A stretch of DNA of 64,000 bases from Rebecca billardiae RCC1528 (Eukaryota > Protista > Haptophyta), in assembly GCA_965240325.2 (NCBI GenBank), contig OZ251222.1:1488001-1552000 (forward strand), given 5' to 3'. The first letter of the stretch is position 1; each line of letters begins with the position of its first letter. The notes beneath the pieces were generated by a model. The model did not search any database. It worked only from the letters and a program-made list of their open reading frames with translations, and was not told where the DNA came from. A program made the position numbers and the translations under genes. This document shows positions 59,591 to 64,000 of this stretch, one piece after another.

Positions 59591-60698
59591 CCCAAGGGAG
59601 GTCCGGGCCGGGAGCTCCCAGCGAGCGGCCAGCGCGACGTCACTGCAAAGTTTTCCCTGAGCGCCGGGCGGCGGCGGCGGCGAGGGCGAGTGCTCCGCTG
59701 GCGGGGCTCGCACGGGGCACGGCGCTGCGGGCGCGGATGTGCCCGCAGAGCCGGCGCGTGCGGACGGGCTGTTGCGGGAGAGCACTCGGCGCCCTCCTGC
59801 GCCGCGCGTCTTGCGCCACGCCTCTTTCGCCTCGGTTCAGGGCAGCGCGCACATGCGCGCCGCGTCAAGGCCAGCCTTGCCTGCGCCGCAGCCGACCGCG
59901 CGCGCGCCGTGCGCGGCGTGGTCGGGAACCAACGGGCGCTGCTGCCGGGCGAGATGGCGACACCACGCGCGCACGCCATGCCGCCCCGCGATGCCGCGAA
60001 AGGGCACGGCAATAGATGTGCACAGCTGTTGACGAGTGCTGATCACTTGTCGTGCCAAGCCAGACCTGAGCTCGAAGAACGGCTGATGAAAGAGCATCAG
60101 CGCGAGGAAAGCGTCGCATCCAGCACCTCTACATGACCACACGATGATGAACATCCATGTAAGAGTAGCCCGCGCGCCCGTCTGGCACTGTTCTGCGTCT
60201 CAATGATTGTCCCGACAAGGGACCGCGAGGCCGTGCACACCATTTGTGAAAAGTCGAAGAGGCATGCAAACGGACCGACGACACGCTCGTCAAGGCGTGG
60301 CGGGGCGGCATGGCGTGCGCGCGTGGTGTCGCCATCTCGCCCGGCAGCAGCACCCGTTCGTTCCCGACCACGCCGCGCACGGCGCGCGCGCGGTCGGCTG
60401 CGGCGCAGGCAAGGCTGGCCTTGACGCGGCGCGCATGTGCGCGCTGCCCTGAGCCGAGGCGAAAGAGGCGTGGCGCAAGACGCGCGGCGCAGGAGGGCGC
60501 CGAGTGCTCTCCCGCAACAGCCCGTCCGCACGCGCCGGCTCTGCGGGCACATCCGCGCCCGCAGCGCTGTGCCCCGTGCGAGCCCCGCCAGCGGAGCACT
60601 CGCCCTCGCCGCCGCCGCCGCCCGGCGCTCAGGGAAAACTTTGCAGTGACGTCGCGCTGGCCGCTCGCTGGGAGCTCCCGGCCCGGACCTCCCTTGGG
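59591..60698. mobile_element. Foldback element A with ~400-bp TIRs and CCC...GGG ends
   Basis: 59591-59989 is the near-identical rc of 60300-60698, with a 310-bp spacer. Confidence 0.9.
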
Positions 60699-60700
60699 GG

Positions 60701-61719
60701 CCCCTCAACTCGTGCGGCCGCGCGGCGCAGCGGCTAAGTCTCCTGGGGCGCCGCCCTGGAGGGCGCGTGGGGTGCGCACGCCGCGGGCTCCTGCGCCCGC
60801 GGCAGCGGCCGCGGACACGGCGCGCGTGGTTGGTCGCCTGCTAGACAGCACGTAGTACCCTTCCACGCCGCGCGCCGCGCTCGCCGGCGCCCTCGCTGTG
60901 CCTCAGGCCAGCCGCGCACGCGCGCCGCGCCAATGGCCAGCTGTGGCCACGAGCCAGCCGCCGGCGCGCGCGCGGTGCGCAGTGCGGTCGGCGCGGGTCG
61001 GGCGCGCGCCCGGGCCGAGGCTCGCGTATGATGGGCGCGCGTCATGCCGCCTCGCGCCGCCGCGCTGACGCCCGCATGGGTCGGCGCGCACGCGTTTACA
61101 TGCTGTCGAGTGTGCATTGCCATGTTTGAAAATGCTCACGTTGAGACGATCATGGGACGGCAGCGACGCGTGCTAGACAAGCGCAGACCACTAATATGTG
61201 CACGGCCAGCCTCATGTTATGGCAAGCAAGTCCCCGAGTGCCCGCGTTCGTCGCACTGATGCGCTCACAACCACTTATCCAAGCTCATTTCTGATTGCCG
61301 AGGAATGCTCGACGAGCACTCTTCAGCAGCCGCGTGCAACGTGATCAAGCTCGTGGGTGGCGGCGCGAGGCGGCATGACGCGCGCCCATCATACGCGAGC
61401 CTCGCCCCGGGCGCGCGCCCGACCCGCGCCGACCGCACCGCGCACCGCGCGCGCGCCGACGGCTGGCTCGTGGCCACGGCTGGCCATTGGCGCGGCGCGC
61501 GTGCGCGGCTGGCCTGAGGCACGGCGAGGGCACCGGCAAGCGCGGCGCGCGGCGTGGGAGGGTACTACGTGCTGTCTAGCAGGCGACCAACCACGCGCGC
61601 CGTGTCCGCGGCAGCTGCCGCGGGCGCAGGAGCCCGCGGCGTGCGCACCCCACGCGCCCTCCAGGGTGGCGCCCCAGGAGACTTAGCCGCTGCGCCGCGA
61701 GGCCACACGAGTTGAGGGG
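60701..61719. mobile_element. Foldback element B with ~360-bp TIRs and CCCC...GGGG ends
   Basis: 60701-61061 is the rc of 61359-61719 with scattered mismatches, with a ~297-bp spacer. Confidence 0.9.
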
Positions 61720-61861
61720 CACGGAACCTCCGCCACTCGGCGCCACTACTGGGAGTTGACAGCCCTTACCGCCCTTGGTACAGTTTACTACGCGGGTACA
61801 ATGTCCGCACGGAAATGTCGCTTTGGCAGCGACTGGCCTTTCCGGTCCCGTCACGGGGGAC

Positions 61862-64000
61862 ATGACGCCCACGACCGCCGCTGTCGCCGCGGTCGCGGCG
61901 GCGAGCGCGTGTCTCGTGGCGTGGGCACTGCGCTCTGGGCTCCATCGGCGCCGTCGGCGCCGTCTGACCCCCTACGAACGACGGCTCCATGCGCTCGACG
62001 GCTTTGTGCGCCGGCTCGCTTGCACGCCGCATACCTCGCAGCTCGTGCTGCGCGGCTCTTACCTGCTCCGCGCGTACCTGCCGGCGCTGCCACGGCCTGT
62101 GGCGGACCTTGACTTTCTCGCACTGTGCCCCAACGACGCTCCGCTGGTCGAATCCATGATCCGTGACGCGTGCGACCAGCGCGTGGCTGACGGCCTCGCG
62201 TTTGCGCGCGGCGCCGTCTCCTCGCAGCGGCACTGGGAGGGCACGGAGCACCCGGGGCTCAAGCTGACGGTGGAGTGCCACGAGCTGAACGTCGGCTCCG
62301 ACGCGTCGCGCGCGCCGGCGACGCATCGCTTCAGCGTCGACGTGGGCTGGGGCGATCCGCTGGTGCCGCCGCCGGGCGCGCTGCACGTGCGCGCCGCGCC
62401 CGTGGCGGCAGGCGGCGCATCCGCCTGCGTTCCGCTCGCCGCACGGGCGGAGACGCTGCTGGCGTGGAAGCTTCACGGCCTCTTCGAGCACGAGAGCGCG
62501 GGTCTGAGCCAAGCCGGCGTCCCCAAGGGCTACTGGCGCCCGAAGGACCTCTTCGACTGCTGCCTGCTCGCCACCGCCGGCGCGCGGCTCATGCGCGCGT
62601 CCGCGCTGCGCGACGCGGTCGTCGCGGCCTTCGCCTCGCGCGGCTACCCGGTGAGCCGGCTGGTGCGGCTGGCGCACGGCCGCTTCGGGACGAGCACGAA
62701 GAGCGCGCGCAATTACGCTCGTTGGCGTGCGTCCGTCCTCGCGAGCGCCCCGGCCGCCGCCGAGTCTGGCCGCCGGGGCGCGGCTGCGCCGATCCCCGAG
62801 AGCGCGCAGGCATGCGTCGCAGCGCTCGCGCCGACGTGCGCCGCGGTGCTGCGCGAGCTGGGCTACGCGCCGCTGCCCGGCGAGACGCTCCCCTTCGCCC
62901 CGGCGTGGCAGGTGGCCGAGCTCGAACGCACGCTCGCCTCCGCGCCGTCGCGCGTCGTCGTCGATCGCGCCGCGCCCATCACGCCGAGCACGGCGCCGCG
63001 CGCGGCGGCGCGCGAGCCGTCGGCGACCACCGCGACGGCGCCCGAGGCCCTCTTCATCGTCGGAGGCGCGAACCGTGCCAAGTGGGAGGAGACGGCCAAA
63101 GTGCTGGCCGAGTACGCCAGCCTGGTCGTGCCGTGCGCGTACACGCCGCCCGAGGAGCTGCGCTTCCCGCCCGGCCTGGCGGACGGCTCGACGCGCGCGG
63201 TGGACGTCGTGCACGCGCTCGCGCGCCACTGCCACAAGGCGCTCGGCCGCGCGTGCATCGTCGAGCTCGCGCTGCTCGAGCTGGCTGGCGGCGCGCGCCC
63301 GCTCGTGCTGCATCGGCTGCCAGCGCACGAGGAGCGCGGCTTCGCCCGCGCGCACGCCGGCCGCGCCGCGCGCTTCCACGCGCTCATCGGGTACATCGGC
63401 CCGGATGGCGGGCCGGTCGAGGTGCTCGAGGGCGATCTGGACGGCGAGATTGTGAGCCCCGTGCGCGGCGAGCGCGCGCACGGCTGGAACCGGTGCTTCC
63501 AGCCCGAGGGCCACGGGAAGACGCTGGGCGAGCTGGGCGAGTCGCTCGCGTACGTGCAGCCGCGCGTGCGCCCGCTGCTCGAGCTCGCCGCCATGCTCCG
63601 CACACCGCTCGCGTACGGCACCCTCGAGCGCAGCCGCGGGCTGTTTGAGCTGCACGTGAGCGTGCGCACGCCGAGCGAGCCGGAGGGCGGCGTGCCCACC
63701 TTCCGCGAGGCGTGCGGGCTGCTCGGCGTCAAGGCCGTCGTGATCGATAACGAGGGCGGCGCCACGCCGCGCCAGCTCATGACCGCCTCGTACACGCAGG
63801 GCTCGCTGCGCGACGCGCTCACCGCCGCGTTCGTGCTCGCGCGCCGGCTGAGCGCGCTCGGCTTCTGCGTGCTCCGAACCAAGGTGGAGGCTGGATTCCA
63901 CAACCCGGGCGTGCCGGCGACCGACGCGGAGGCCGCGGCGCTCTCGCCGCACAACTACTTCGAGGTGCACTGGAAGCTGCGCCTCCCGCGCGGTGGCGCC
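61862..64000 (+). CDS. Fusion protein, 3'-truncated by the window: signal anchor, AbiEii/AbiGii-like nucleotidyltransferase, HAM1/ITPase-like domain and FExH-motif domain
   Basis: Hand translation from ATG 61862 is open to the window end (713 codons). NTase: LVLRGSYLL...RPVADLDFL...VDVGWGDP...ETLLAWKLHGL...RPKDLFD. HAM1-like: ANRAKWEE...EGDLDGEIV...RGERAHGWNRCFQPEGHGKTLGEL. Third domain: FELHVSV...RTKVEA...NPGVP...YFEVHWK. Confidence 0.85.
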   Translation, partial: MTPTTAAVAAVAAASACLVAWALRSGLHRRRRRRLTPYERRLHALDGFVRRLACTPHTSQLVLRGSYLLRAYLPALPRPVADLDFLALCPNDAPLVESMIRDACDQRVADGLAFARGAVSSQRHWEGTEHPGLKLTVECHELNVGSDASRAPATHRFSVDVGWGDPLVPPPGALHVRAAPVAAGGASACVPLAARAETLLAWKLHGLFEHESAGLSQAGVPKGYWRPKDLFDCCLLATAGARLMRASALRDAVVAAFASRGYPVSRLVRLAHGRFGTSTKSARNYARWRASVLASAPAAAESGRRGAAAPIPESAQACVAALAPTCAAVLRELGYAPLPGETLPFAPAWQVAELERTLASAPSRVVVDRAAPITPSTAPRAAAREPSATTATAPEALFIVGGANRAKWEETAKVLAEYASLVVPCAYTPPEELRFPPGLADGSTRAVDVVHALARHCHKALGRACIVELALLELAGGARPLVLHRLPAHEERGFARAHAGRAARFHALIGYIGPDGGPVEVLEGDLDGEIVSPVRGERAHGWNRCFQPEGHGKTLGELGESLAYVQPRVRPLLELAAMLRTPLAYGTLERSRGLFELHVSVRTPSEPEGGVPTFREACGLLGVKAVVIDNEGGATPRQLMTASYTQGSLRDALTAAFVLARRLSALGFCVLRTKVEAGFHNPGVPATDAEAAALSPHNYFEVHWKLRLPRGGA

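Larger units (their letters stand above)
58659..61778. mobile_element. Outer ~3.1-kb element with ~50-bp TIRs that contains two foldback elements
   Basis: CCAAGGGCGGTAAGGGCTGTCAACTCCCAGTGGCGCCGGGTGGCGGAGGTT (58659-58709) matches the rc of 61725-61778 with a 3-bp indel and 1 mismatch. No clear TSD. Confidence 0.75.

Noticed and set aside
61766-63970. 734-aa minus-strand ORF and the 62275-63648 plus ORF in the track
   Set aside because: These are shadow or off-frame ORFs of the real + frame starting at 61862, with Arg-rich composition and no motifs.

Overview
GC-rich eukaryotic nuclear DNA with short GT-AG introns (often GTGCG.../...GCAG) and microsatellites. The style resembles a haptophyte such as Pavlova/Diacronema, which is inference only. 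About 13 recognisable protein-coding genes: a membrane protein with PAN-like, Pro-rich and F5/8C domains, CAF-1 p150, a NEK-like pseudokinase, an MBD-like protein, TcdA, kinesin, a patatin/Pro-rich/WSC membrane protein, CIA30/NDUFAF1, a double anoctamin, a PNK-like/HAD-like/SWIM protein, RPA43, a two-cNMP-domain protein and an AbiEii-like fusion. Ten genes form five tight head-to-head pairs. The intervals outside those pairs hold non-autonomous TIR elements, three ~1 kb foldback elements, palindromes and SSRs. Highlight 1: an ORF missing from the ORF track (61862..>64000) fuses a signal anchor, a bacterial-type AbiEii/MenT-like nucleotidyltransferase, a degenerate HAM1/ITPase domain and an FExH-motif domain. 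Highlight 2: one spliced gene encodes two complete TMEM16/anoctamin units with patchwork near-identity. All alignments were made by eye and no searches were run.
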